From: Rubripirellula sp.
GTDB taxonomy: Bacteria > Planctomycetota > Planctomycetia > Pirellulales > Pirellulaceae
Length of the DNA: 64,000 nucleotides
Direction of reading: 5' to 3'
Assembly: GCA_965216875.1 (NCBI GenBank)
Contig: OZ244207.1
Location: 4,864,001 to 4,928,000, forward strand
Position 1 is the stretch's first letter; each line of letters starts with the position of its first letter. The notes beneath the pieces were generated by a model, which searched no databases, had not been told where the DNA came from, and saw only the letters and a list, made by a program, of their open reading frames with translations. This document shows positions 28,364-37,259 of this stretch, one piece after another. Both the position numbers and the translations under genes were made by a program.

Positions 28364-30292
28364 TCACTTTCTGTTTGGATCAACACTCTCGATGTACGAA
28401 AGGATCTCGAAGATTTCATCTTTCGTGTATTGATCAAGTAGAGCCTTGGGCATCATCGAAACCGAAGAAGGAACCATCGCGTCGATATCGTCCTGAGGAA
28501 TGACCACGGGCTCCGCCTCGGCGTTGGCCAACAAGGTGATGTTGTCGTCATCCTCTTTGACCAGCACACCGGAATAGGTCTGACCATCGAAGGTCAACAC
28601 CTTTTGCATTGCGTACTTCGCATCCACTTTGTGGGAGGGGTCAAGGATTTCACGCAAGACACCAACGCGATCGCCTTTCCAACGTGTCATCGTTTCGGTC
28701 AGGTCGGGACCGATCACGCCACCTTCGCCTTGCACCTTATGGCACCCAGCGCACGACGCTTCGGCAAACAATCGCTTGCCAATGTCGGGCGTGCGGCCGC
28801 GCAGACCGGCGTCCAATTCGCCTTTCAACTCGTCGACCGTCCACTTCTGCACAAACGTCCGGTTGCTCCCGATCGGGTTGGCTGGCTCGACCGGGTCTTT
28901 CAACCAAGCGTCCAAATCTTCGACCACCACCATCACGCCATACATGCGGTACCAGTGTTGGGGGAAAGTGCAAACGTAGGGGTATTCACCCGGTTCTTTG
29001 GGCGCCTTGAAAGTCAAGGCTTCCTGTTTGTCGGCAGCGACCATTTGGGTTGCGAACAGAACCTTGTCCGATTCGGGAACATACTGCAGCCCTTTCCAAC
29101 CGTTGTTGGGTCCGACTTGCAAGCCAAGTTGCGCGACCTCTTTCAACGCACCTGGCGTCGTGAAGACAAGGTTGTGCGGCATCAAGTCGTGATTTTCTAA
29201 GACGACTTGAACCGAGCGCCCCGCTTCGACGGCAAAGTAGGGAATGTCGTAACGCATCTCTTCTTCGACGGTCTTGATGCGAACGACGCGCACCGTGACT
29301 TCGCCAAGTCGCTTGCGATAGTTGCGTGCGTCTTTGGTTGGCAATCGCGCCAACAATTGGTCAGCCAATTGCATCGCATCGATAAACTGAGTCGAAGTGC
29401 GGTCTTTCGCCGGTGTCTCTTCGGCATGCTTGACGAGCACTTCGACCAACTCACCACTAAGCGTTTCGTCGCGGTCGTTCGACGGCACTTTCAACAGCGT
29501 GCGAACCGCCGCGGTGCGAAGTTTGGGTTGGGAGACAAAGGGAGCAAGCAACTTGAATGTTTCCGCTTGCTTGGAAGGGATATGGGCAAGCGTCTCAATC
29601 GCCGCGACACGCTGTTCCACAGATGTCTTGATGCCAACCGCCGTCACGACGACATCCCTCAACTCGGAACGTTGCTCTTGAGAGGGGACGAGCGGAATGG
29701 CACGCAACCAGTCCAATCCCAAATCATCATCAAACTTGCTCACACGAAGAACTGACTGTTCGGCCTTTCCCGCGGTAATCATCGCAGCGAATCCGGCTGT
29801 GCGGACGGCGGCGTTGTCGGAATCGACCGCTTCCCACAAAGTCTCCAGACGTTCTTCGAGGCTTTTCGCGTCCAGCTTGACCAGCATCGCCGTCAACTGC
29901 CGTGCCGCTCGACGTTCTTGCGGATCATCAAGGTCAAACTTGTCGAGCGCGCCGAGCAACACGGCAACGGCATTGGAATCCTGCAGCTCAACCAGCGCCT
30001 CGACAGCTTCTTCGCGGAACTTCGGTGACATCCCAACCCTGGTCAGAATCGCTTGGTAGACCGGAATGTACTTGGCATCGTCTGCCTTCCGCTCCACGAG
30101 CAACAGACGCTGGTTATCCAAACGCTTCAGCTGGTACTCAACGATCCTTGGACTCTTGTCCAAGAAGACTTTGGGACGCTGAACGGGCTCTTTCGCCGCA
30201 CTTTCACCATGAGAATGATCTTGCGCAATCGCCTGAAAAACGTTCAAAAGGAGTAGCGACAACAATGCAAAGGAAACGCGAGGAATAAGCAT
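28364..30292 (-). CDS. HEAT-repeat + cupredoxin (azurin-like) + PVC-type cytochrome c protein
   Basis: Signal peptide, helical repeats, a type 1 copper site (MPHN...YVCTFPQHWYRM), CAGCH, GPDL, ILDPS and SMMP. Confidence 0.9.
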   Translation of the reverse strand: MLIPRVSFALLSLLLLNVFQAIAQDHSHGESAAKEPVQRPKVFLDKSPRIVEYQLKRLDNQRLLLVERKADDAKYIPVYQAILTRVGMSPKFREEAVEALVELQDSNAVAVLLGALDKFDLDDPQERRAARQLTAMLVKLDAKSLEERLETLWEAVDSDNAAVRTAGFAAMITAGKAEQSVLRVSKFDDDLGLDWLRAIPLVPSQEQRSELRDVVVTAVGIKTSVEQRVAAIETLAHIPSKQAETFKLLAPFVSQPKLRTAAVRTLLKVPSNDRDETLSGELVEVLVKHAEETPAKDRTSTQFIDAMQLADQLLARLPTKDARNYRKRLGEVTVRVVRIKTVEEEMRYDIPYFAVEAGRSVQVVLENHDLMPHNLVFTTPGALKEVAQLGLQVGPNNGWKGLQYVPESDKVLFATQMVAADKQEALTFKAPKEPGEYPYVCTFPQHWYRMYGVMVVVEDLDAWLKDPVEPANPIGSNRTFVQKWTVDELKGELDAGLRGRTPDIGKRLFAEASCAGCHKVQGEGGVIGPDLTETMTRWKGDRVGVLREILDPSHKVDAKYAMQKVLTFDGQTYSGVLVKEDDDNITLLANAEAEPVVIPQDDIDAMVPSSVSMMPKALLDQYTKDEIFEILSYIESVDPNRK

Positions 30293-30416
30293 CGAATTTT
30301 CGATTAGTTATGCGATGGATGGAACGCGGTGAATTGAAAGCAGGTTGCGTGCGGAACGCACGCAACCTGGTTGTGGGTTTCGTTGACACCGAAAACAACG
30401 GTGCCCATTGATCGAG

Positions 30417-33095
30417 CTACTGTTCGAGACGACGCATCGTTTCGTCGAGCGTGTACTGCAAGTAGTCATCAACGTCGTTTTCGAGGACGCCAAGCGCTAA
30501 CTCGATTGCATCATCGCCGGACAAGAAACTGACCGCACGCACGCCTTCCAAACGGACGCGAGGATGTTTGTCGGCGATACACTTCTCGAGCAGTTCTTTG
30601 TGGTTGGGAATGTCATCCAACCAGAACGACAGGACTCGAGTCGCTGCAGCGCGAGCACGATGATCTTTCGATGACAACATTCGCTCGAGCAATGATTGGT
30701 TGACCACATTGTGAGTCTGGTACATCCAAAGCCCTTCGAGCATGTGGTGCTCGTAGTCTTTGCCCGACTCATCCAGCGACTTCATCCACTGATCCACTGC
30801 AGCAAGCACCTTGTCGCTATCACGCTCGGCCAACTCTCGCTTGGCTCGATAACGCGTCCGGTCTTCAACAACTTCCAACAGCTTGACAAGCTTCTCGATC
30901 GGCTCGCCATCGATTTTTGCTGGCTGTACAAGCGGTCGCGTTTTATGAGTGATACGCCAAATACGACCGTGGCTATGGTCACGATTGGGCTCGCGAAGGT
31001 TGTGCTGGAGATGGCCAATCAGAGCGTTGTGCCAGTCGACGATATAGAGTGATCCATCGGGTGCAAATTGGATATCCACGGGACGGAAGTTGCCGTCTCG
31101 GCACATCACAATGGGTTCAACTTCTTTCCCGACGAAACCACTTTCCGTCTCGCGGACTTCGTGGTTAAGCACCCCACGATCACCAATCACGTTGGTCACC
31201 AAAAAGTTGCCCTGGACTTCAGGCGGGAAGTGACTGCTGGAAACCATCGCACAACCGGAAAGCGGGCGAATCCGCTTGGGGTAAAAGGTGGGGAACTTGA
31301 ACTTTGGATCACCACCGGCGATCGCGGCGATGCGACGATGCTGACTTCCACCGGGATGCTTCAAAGGATGATCAATCCGGCCGCTAATGGGCGCCGCCCA
31401 GTAGCTGTTTCCTGGTGACGCATCGCCGATAAAGTTCTGTCCCCAACGATCGAACACGTGTCCCCAAGGGTTGGCGAACGCAAAGTTACAGAAGACTCCT
31501 GTCTTTTGACTCTTCGGATGAAAACGCCAGATTCCTGCTTCGCTAAGTCGTGTCAGTCCGTAGGGACTTTCGACTTGTGAAAATTTGAACGTCCCTTCCT
31601 GGAAGTACAGGTTGCCGCCTGGTCCCCATTCGAATGCAGCGATTCCATGGTGCGAGTCGGCCGAACAAAAGCCGACCAAGTGCCGAACACGCTCGTCCTC
31701 TTTGTCGTCACCATCGGTGTCCTTGATAAACAGCACGTCAGGTTGCTGGGCAACGTAGACACCACCATTTCCGATTTCGAAGCCGGTCGGCTGGTGGAGT
31801 CCGCCAGCAAAGACTTTGCACTCGTCCGCTTTCCCGTCCTTGTCGTGGTCTTCGAAGACAAGCAGCTTGTCGTCCATCTTCGTTTTTGGCTTCCAGTGCG
31901 GATACGACTGCATCGTGGCGACCCACAAGCGTCCTTTGTTGTCAAAGTTCAATGCGACGGGGTTGGCCAGTTCTGGAAACTCTTCTTCCGAAGCGACCAG
32001 TTGAATTTGATAACCTTCGCCGAGGTCAAAGTATTTCAACTGTTCTTCGGCGTTCATGTAGTCGAGTGAACCGAGCTTGCCACGTTTTGCATTCGGATCG
32101 TCCGCTCCACCAACGTTCGTCTTGGGATTGATGAAGGGCAGAGTGTTGGAGTCATCGATCGGCCCCGAAACCGCTTCGCCTTTTGCAATCGCCCAAATGC
32201 GTTGGTCGCGATTGGCTGCCATTTGATCAAGGATCGCACGTTCGCGTTCCATCACGTCGGTGTTGTTGTAGGTTCCGTCGCTACCCGCGCGGCCGCGAGC
32301 GCCGTAGATCGAGTAACCGTTGACGGCGCGGTATCGATGCCACCAATGAAAGTTCTTGTCATCAACAGCAGCGACCACTGCTGGATCAACCTTGGTCGGT
32401 CCACCTTTGCCAAACAGGCCTTCGTTCAAGATTGGCGCCAGCGCGGCGTAGCCTGCGGCGTTCAAGTGCGCTCCGTTGAGCGTCAACCTCGCCTCGCTCT
32501 TTTCGAACAATGCCTTGGTTGGCGAAAAGATGTCGACGAACACCACGTCCGTTTCTTCGGCAACTGCCTTCAGGGCATCACTGTAGAGTGCAAGGTTGGC
32601 GTTTTCTTTCACGCCGTCGGGCAAGTTTCGATCACCGGTTGCTTCAAACGCGATCGGCGAAACGAGCACGACTTGGGGATTACCCTTTCCGTAGTCGTTG
32701 GCTTTGGTTTGTTCGACCAATTTCTTCAAGTCGGTCGAAAACCGCCGCAACCCTTTCTTGCCGCCAAACGATTCGTTGAAGCCAAAGAAGTAGACGACGA
32801 CCGAGGCCTTGCTGTGTGACAAGTGTTTGTCGGGATCGCCAAAGTTCTGTGAACGAATTCGATTGTTTGGCTCGTCGCCAGGAAAGCAGAGATTGCGGAC
32901 GGTCAGTTCCAGCTCGGGAAAACGCTGATGCAACAACGATTCCCATTGATTCTGGTGCTGCAACCGTTCGCCAAGGGCATTGCCGACCAAACAAATGTGG
33001 TCGCCCTTTTTGAGTTCCAATTCGGCTGCGTCGGTGACGGACACAGCGATAGACAACACTGTGCAAAGCGCACAGAGATAGAGTCGTAAATGCAT
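30417..33095 (-). CDS. SGNH/GDSL-like + PVC-type membrane-bound dehydrogenase (beta-propeller) + HEAT protein
   Basis: N-terminal SGNH-like domain (GNAL...LNGAHLN), VASEEEFPELANPV...DNKGRLWV, FRPVD...PDGSLYIVDW and HGRIWRI. Confidence 0.87.
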   Translation of the reverse strand: MHLRLYLCALCTVLSIAVSVTDAAELELKKGDHICLVGNALGERLQHQNQWESLLHQRFPELELTVRNLCFPGDEPNNRIRSQNFGDPDKHLSHSKASVVVYFFGFNESFGGKKGLRRFSTDLKKLVEQTKANDYGKGNPQVVLVSPIAFEATGDRNLPDGVKENANLALYSDALKAVAEETDVVFVDIFSPTKALFEKSEARLTLNGAHLNAAGYAALAPILNEGLFGKGGPTKVDPAVVAAVDDKNFHWWHRYRAVNGYSIYGARGRAGSDGTYNNTDVMERERAILDQMAANRDQRIWAIAKGEAVSGPIDDSNTLPFINPKTNVGGADDPNAKRGKLGSLDYMNAEEQLKYFDLGEGYQIQLVASEEEFPELANPVALNFDNKGRLWVATMQSYPHWKPKTKMDDKLLVFEDHDKDGKADECKVFAGGLHQPTGFEIGNGGVYVAQQPDVLFIKDTDGDDKEDERVRHLVGFCSADSHHGIAAFEWGPGGNLYFQEGTFKFSQVESPYGLTRLSEAGIWRFHPKSQKTGVFCNFAFANPWGHVFDRWGQNFIGDASPGNSYWAAPISGRIDHPLKHPGGSQHRRIAAIAGGDPKFKFPTFYPKRIRPLSGCAMVSSSHFPPEVQGNFLVTNVIGDRGVLNHEVRETESGFVGKEVEPIVMCRDGNFRPVDIQFAPDGSLYIVDWHNALIGHLQHNLREPNRDHSHGRIWRITHKTRPLVQPAKIDGEPIEKLVKLLEVVEDRTRYRAKRELAERDSDKVLAAVDQWMKSLDESGKDYEHHMLEGLWMYQTHNVVNQSLLERMLSSKDHRARAAATRVLSFWLDDIPNHKELLEKCIADKHPRVRLEGVRAVSFLSGDDAIELALGVLENDVDDYLQYTLDETMRRLEQ

Positions 33096-33355
33096 TGGTT
33101 TGCGTGACTACGAAGTTGGGGTGGGGATAGAAGGAGGGAGTACCAGCGCGATTGTGGTGGCTAATCGGACGGCCCCTCGAGCCATGTGAGTTCTCAGGAT
33201 ACCCAAAAGTCGCCGTTTGACACTGGTAGCGAACCAAGTTGTCGCAGAGAAGTTTCGAATCAGCCCCGATTCCAACGTCCCAATGCCAAAATCTTCGGCA
33301 AATCCGCAAGGATTTGCAGCGCACGCCCGGTCGCCATTGTCTAAGGGTTTTCCAC

Positions 33356-33617
33356 GTGAGCCGAACGCGCTAGCGTCGGGCCTTTCGAGTACCGGGCCTT
33401 TCGAGCGTAGCTACGCTCGCCAGAGCGTGGTGATCGTGGACGCCGGTCTGCCAATGGGAACCACCTTCTGGCGAAGGTAGCTACGGGCCGTGCCGTCCGA
33501 GTGAGCCGAACGCGCCTCGGGCCAGTTCCTCGTACCGAGCTTTAGCAGGAATCTTCTCACAAACCACCCTCAAGGCTGGACTTCAAACGCCGCTACTTTC
33601 GCGGAGCGAAAGGCGAC
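33356..33617. repeat. REP-like cluster (families D and C plus one other)
   Basis: Family D at 33356-33382 and a partial copy at 33501, family C pair at 33407-33484, and the palindrome CGCTACTTTCGCGGAGCGAAAGGCG at about 33591. Confidence 0.8.
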
Positions 33618-33627
33618 ATTGGCTGGA

Positions 33628-34899
33628 TCAACGAGATTGATTGGCAATGCAGTAGAGATTCTTGTCAGACCGAATCAGCAATCGATCACCCACGATCGCA
33701 GGCGTCGCGTTAAACCGCTCTTCCTCGTCACCTAGGTGGTTGATTGCCAATTCCTTGTATTCGGGCTGATCGGCAAGCACCAGAACGCCAGCGTCTCGGG
33801 TGGTCAGAAAGAGTTTTTTGCCATCGCCAACGATCGACGCATAGACGCGTCCGCGTGTCGGCATTCGCTCACGAAACATTTCCTCGCCATCGCTCGCTCG
33901 CAAGCAAAGCGCAATCCCTTTGTCGTGAGACCAATAGAGATACCCGTTGGAAAGGAGCGGTGATGTCACGTTCGCGCCACGGGAAACAGACCAAATCAAA
34001 TGTGATTCGGAGACGTCACCGCGTCCGCCCGCTTTGACGACAAAGGTCTTGTTGCTGCGACCACCGCTGCAATAGAGCGTCTCTCCATCGACCACCACAC
34101 AGGGAACGATATAGTCCTGAATCGCATCGCAAGACCAAAGCCGATCGCCCGTGGCGGGATCGAGCCCGAGGATCGCTTCCTTTTGATTGAGAATGAGTTC
34201 CGTCGTCCCGCTGCTAAGAGTGACGAGTGTGGGCGTGGTCCAAGCACGCAGGATTTCATCGGTGCGCCAACGGATTTCGCCCGTCGCTTTCTCGATTCCA
34301 TAGACCGCGCCGTCTTCGATCGACGCGTTCATGATGACCAAGTCCTCGAAAAGAATCGGACTCGCCGCCGCACCAAACCCAGCCGTCTTGGTCCCCACCG
34401 AACGTCGCCAAACCATTTCGCCATCGTGGGTGACAGCGATCACGCCTGATGGCCCAAACGACGCATAAACTCGATCACGATCAACACAAGGCGTTGGCGA
34501 TGCGTATCCATGGTCGGCGACACGTTTACTGGCTTCTTGTTCCTCGGGTGCGGGATCGAATGCTTTGTCCCAAAGCACGTCCCCACTGGAGAGCGAAAGG
34601 CAAACGATGTGCAACTGGAGCGACGATCGATCGCCCGGCTCTTCGGCGCTCATCCCGTAACCCGAGTAGGCCGTCAAAAAGATCTTGTCGCCAAACACCA
34701 CGGGGCTGCTCGAACCTTTCCCCGGCAACGCGCTCTTCCAGGCCACGTTCTCTTTGTCGCTCCACCGCGTTGGAATGCCATGTCCGGCGACGCCCGATGC
34801 TTGGTCGCCGCGAAACCGGCTCCATCCCACGTCCGCCGCAAGACAGTTCCCTAGAGACACGAGCGCAGCGAGAGACCAGACGGCAAGAAAGCGTTGCAT
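33628..34899 (-). CDS. PQQ-binding-like beta-propeller (BamB-like) protein
   Basis: Signal peptide, WSRFRG, GKGSSSPVV, repeated SP motifs and ATPAI. Confidence 0.9.
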   Translation of the reverse strand: MQRFLAVWSLAALVSLGNCLAADVGWSRFRGDQASGVAGHGIPTRWSDKENVAWKSALPGKGSSSPVVFGDKIFLTAYSGYGMSAEEPGDRSSLQLHIVCLSLSSGDVLWDKAFDPAPEEQEASKRVADHGYASPTPCVDRDRVYASFGPSGVIAVTHDGEMVWRRSVGTKTAGFGAAASPILFEDLVIMNASIEDGAVYGIEKATGEIRWRTDEILRAWTTPTLVTLSSGTTELILNQKEAILGLDPATGDRLWSCDAIQDYIVPCVVVDGETLYCSGGRSNKTFVVKAGGRGDVSESHLIWSVSRGANVTSPLLSNGYLYWSHDKGIALCLRASDGEEMFRERMPTRGRVYASIVGDGKKLFLTTRDAGVLVLADQPEYKELAINHLGDEEERFNATPAIVGDRLLIRSDKNLYCIANQSR

Positions 34900-35109
34900 G
34901 ACAAAGACCGGGGCAGGGCAGGGTGGTGGCGAGCGGCTGGGGCGAAGCCCCTGGTTGGGGCAAGGTCCAGAGCAAAGAGTCTATTGGAAGCACCCGGTGC
35001 AGTCCCGCTGTTCGACGGAAAAGCCAAAAAAATTTCGGCGAAAGCCCGGCGCGATGAACAGGCGACACGCCGAGAAAACGCGGGCTCTTGGCGAGCAAAG
35101 CGATCGCGA

Positions 35110-36513
35110 CTAACGCACGAGTGCTCGTTGGGCCGCTTGCGTTAAACGCGTCTTGAGTTCCATCCGTTTTTGGTGCGACGGATCGGTTGATTCCGAAACG
35201 TCGGCGACTTGCGACAACGTTTGTAGTGCCATGTTTGGATTGCGAAGTTCTTTGAGTTGGATGTGGGCGATTCGCAAACGCGCGTCATCGGCAGCTTGTC
35301 CTTGATGGGCGACGATGATGCTAAGCGGACGCAACGATTCGACCCACTTTTTCTGGGCCGACAGCATGGTGACGTACCGCATCAGTGATTTGTCGCCCAA
35401 ACCGATCGCAATCTGGATGTGGTCCATCCGCTGAAACTGTTGCATGGCAGCGGCCAAGTTTTGCGATTCAAGCGATTGTCGAAAGGCAAATGACATGCGG
35501 TTGAATTCGGGATGCGAAGAGACGTCTGGCGTCTGTGCTTCGGCTTGTTCTTCCCGTCGTCGCTGCTCCTTGACGCGTTCCGGCTCAAAAAAGTCCTGCA
35601 ATCGATTGAAGGCGGTTCTTTTTTTCTGCTTCGGCGCGTCGGCTTCCGGGGTGGCATTGGTTCCGATGGGAGCGTACGCGACCGGAATGGCTCCCTGACT
35701 TTGCGTTGGTTGCGGTCGCGCCCCCGGCGTCGAGTGGCCGAGCACGGCCGTCACCGGATCATGAACTTCGCGTTCTTTTTGCCGCAGTCGCTTTCGCTGT
35801 TTGGGGGAACAGAAGAGGTCATTGTCTTGCAGGAATTCGTTTCGCGAAACGAGATCCCATCCTTCGCAATCGACCATATCTTGTCGAAGCATGAAGAAGG
35901 CGATCGGCGCTCCAATCACCACACCCACCATGTGCAACATTTCCGACGACATCTGAAAGCCGCCGATAAACAGAAAAAAGATCTGCAGGAAGATGTAAAA
36001 GGCGCCCAGGCTGACCAGCCGGATTTCAACCGTGCCGAAGAAAAAGAGAAACCAAAAGAAACAGTCCATCTCGTTTTCGGGCGCCCAGATCACGGCCATC
36101 GTCAGGAGTGCAAAGATCACCCCCGACGCGCCAAGGGCACCCGAGTCCGAGCCAATCACAAACATTGGCAACTGAACCATCGCACCATCGATCAGTGCGA
36201 TGATCGCATAGAGTGCGACAAATCGAAGACTGCCAATCTTTCCTTCGACGACCAAGCCGAACGCCCACAGGAAGATCATGTTCCCAATCAAATGAAAAGG
36301 ATCCGCGTGCATGAATGCCGAGGTAATCCACTGCACCGGGTTGATGGTATCGAACTCGAGCATCAACCACTCGATCGATTCGATTTCCATGTTGCCCAGC
36401 AGGACTTGGAAACAGGTCAAGAAGTAGATAATGGTGTTGATCACGATGATCGCCACCGTCGCAACCGGCCAATGGTAAATTGGCGCATCGGTGTTGTACG
36501 GGACGAGCATCAT
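35110..36513 (-). CDS. Rhomboid family intramembrane serine protease with C-terminal TPR-like domain
   Basis: FMHADPFHLIGNM, GASG and a later His (MLHMVG). Confidence 0.9.
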   Translation of the reverse strand: MMLVPYNTDAPIYHWPVATVAIIVINTIIYFLTCFQVLLGNMEIESIEWLMLEFDTINPVQWITSAFMHADPFHLIGNMIFLWAFGLVVEGKIGSLRFVALYAIIALIDGAMVQLPMFVIGSDSGALGASGVIFALLTMAVIWAPENEMDCFFWFLFFFGTVEIRLVSLGAFYIFLQIFFLFIGGFQMSSEMLHMVGVVIGAPIAFFMLRQDMVDCEGWDLVSRNEFLQDNDLFCSPKQRKRLRQKEREVHDPVTAVLGHSTPGARPQPTQSQGAIPVAYAPIGTNATPEADAPKQKKRTAFNRLQDFFEPERVKEQRRREEQAEAQTPDVSSHPEFNRMSFAFRQSLESQNLAAAMQQFQRMDHIQIAIGLGDKSLMRYVTMLSAQKKWVESLRPLSIIVAHQGQAADDARLRIAHIQLKELRNPNMALQTLSQVADVSESTDPSHQKRMELKTRLTQAAQRALVR

Positions 36514-36620
36514 TGCGACCGAACCTCCAGGCCGGCACTTGCATCAATCAACGGCATCCCCTCAGGGCACCAAACTTCTCCATTTCTGTCGCGCCACCAA
36601 GCAAAAAGTTTCAACACTCG

Positions 36621-37115
36621 ATGACTTCAGCAAATATAGACACCGTCCGCGTCGATTACAGCAATCCCTCACATTGCCGCGACCTTTGCCGGCTGCTGGT
36701 CGAATACGCTCGCTACGAAACCGATGACGCCGAATCGATCGCCGATGACGCGTTTGACGATCTACCTGAACGCCTGAGCAACTTCCCGACCGCATTCAGC
36801 ATCCTCGCCTACCGAGGTCAGAAGGCTGTTGGTTTGACCAACTGCTTTTTCGGGTTTTCGACCTTCAACAAGCGGCGTCTGGTCAATATCCACGATGTGA
36901 TGGTGACCGAATCGGAACGTGGCAAAGGGGTGGCCAGCTTCCTGCTTGCCAAAGTGGAAGAGATCGCTAGAGAAAACGATTGTTGCCGATTGACCCTCGA
37001 AGTCCTCGACGACAACGCGAGGGCACGCCGAGCGTACGAAAAAGAAGGCTTCGGCCGCACCCCCTACCACCCCGACAACGAAACGTTGTTCTTGCAGAAG
37101 AAACTGGGGGCATGA
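36621..37115 (+). CDS. GNAT family N-acetyltransferase
   Basis: NIHDVMV...RGKGVA, LTLEV...N..A...YEKEGF. Start placed at ATG 36621. Confidence 0.92.
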   Translation: MTSANIDTVRVDYSNPSHCRDLCRLLVEYARYETDDAESIADDAFDDLPERLSNFPTAFSILAYRGQKAVGLTNCFFGFSTFNKRRLVNIHDVMVTESERGKGVASFLLAKVEEIARENDCCRLTLEVLDDNARARRAYEKEGFGRTPYHPDNETLFLQKKLGA

Positions 37116-37116
37116 G

Positions 37117-37257
37117 GTAGGTCATGATCTGCATGACACCACCTTCTAGCGAAGGTAGCTACATATCGCAATCGTCATGCGGAGCATGACCTACATTTCG
37201 CAATCGTCATGCGGAGCATGACCTACATTTCGCAATCGTCATGCGGAGCATGACCAC
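37117..37257. repeat. REP family A cluster: one forward copy plus three tandem 32-bp reverse units
   Basis: GTAGGTCATGATCTGCATGAC at 37117, then ATTTCGCAATCGTCATGCGGAGCATGACCTAC three times (cores at 37174, 37206, 37238). Confidence 0.9.
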
Positions 37258-37259
37258 CG

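Noticed and set aside
37163..37257. Possible mini CRISPR array
   Set aside because: The linkers are identical and only 11 nt, the unit is a dispersed REP palindrome, and there are no cas genes in the window.
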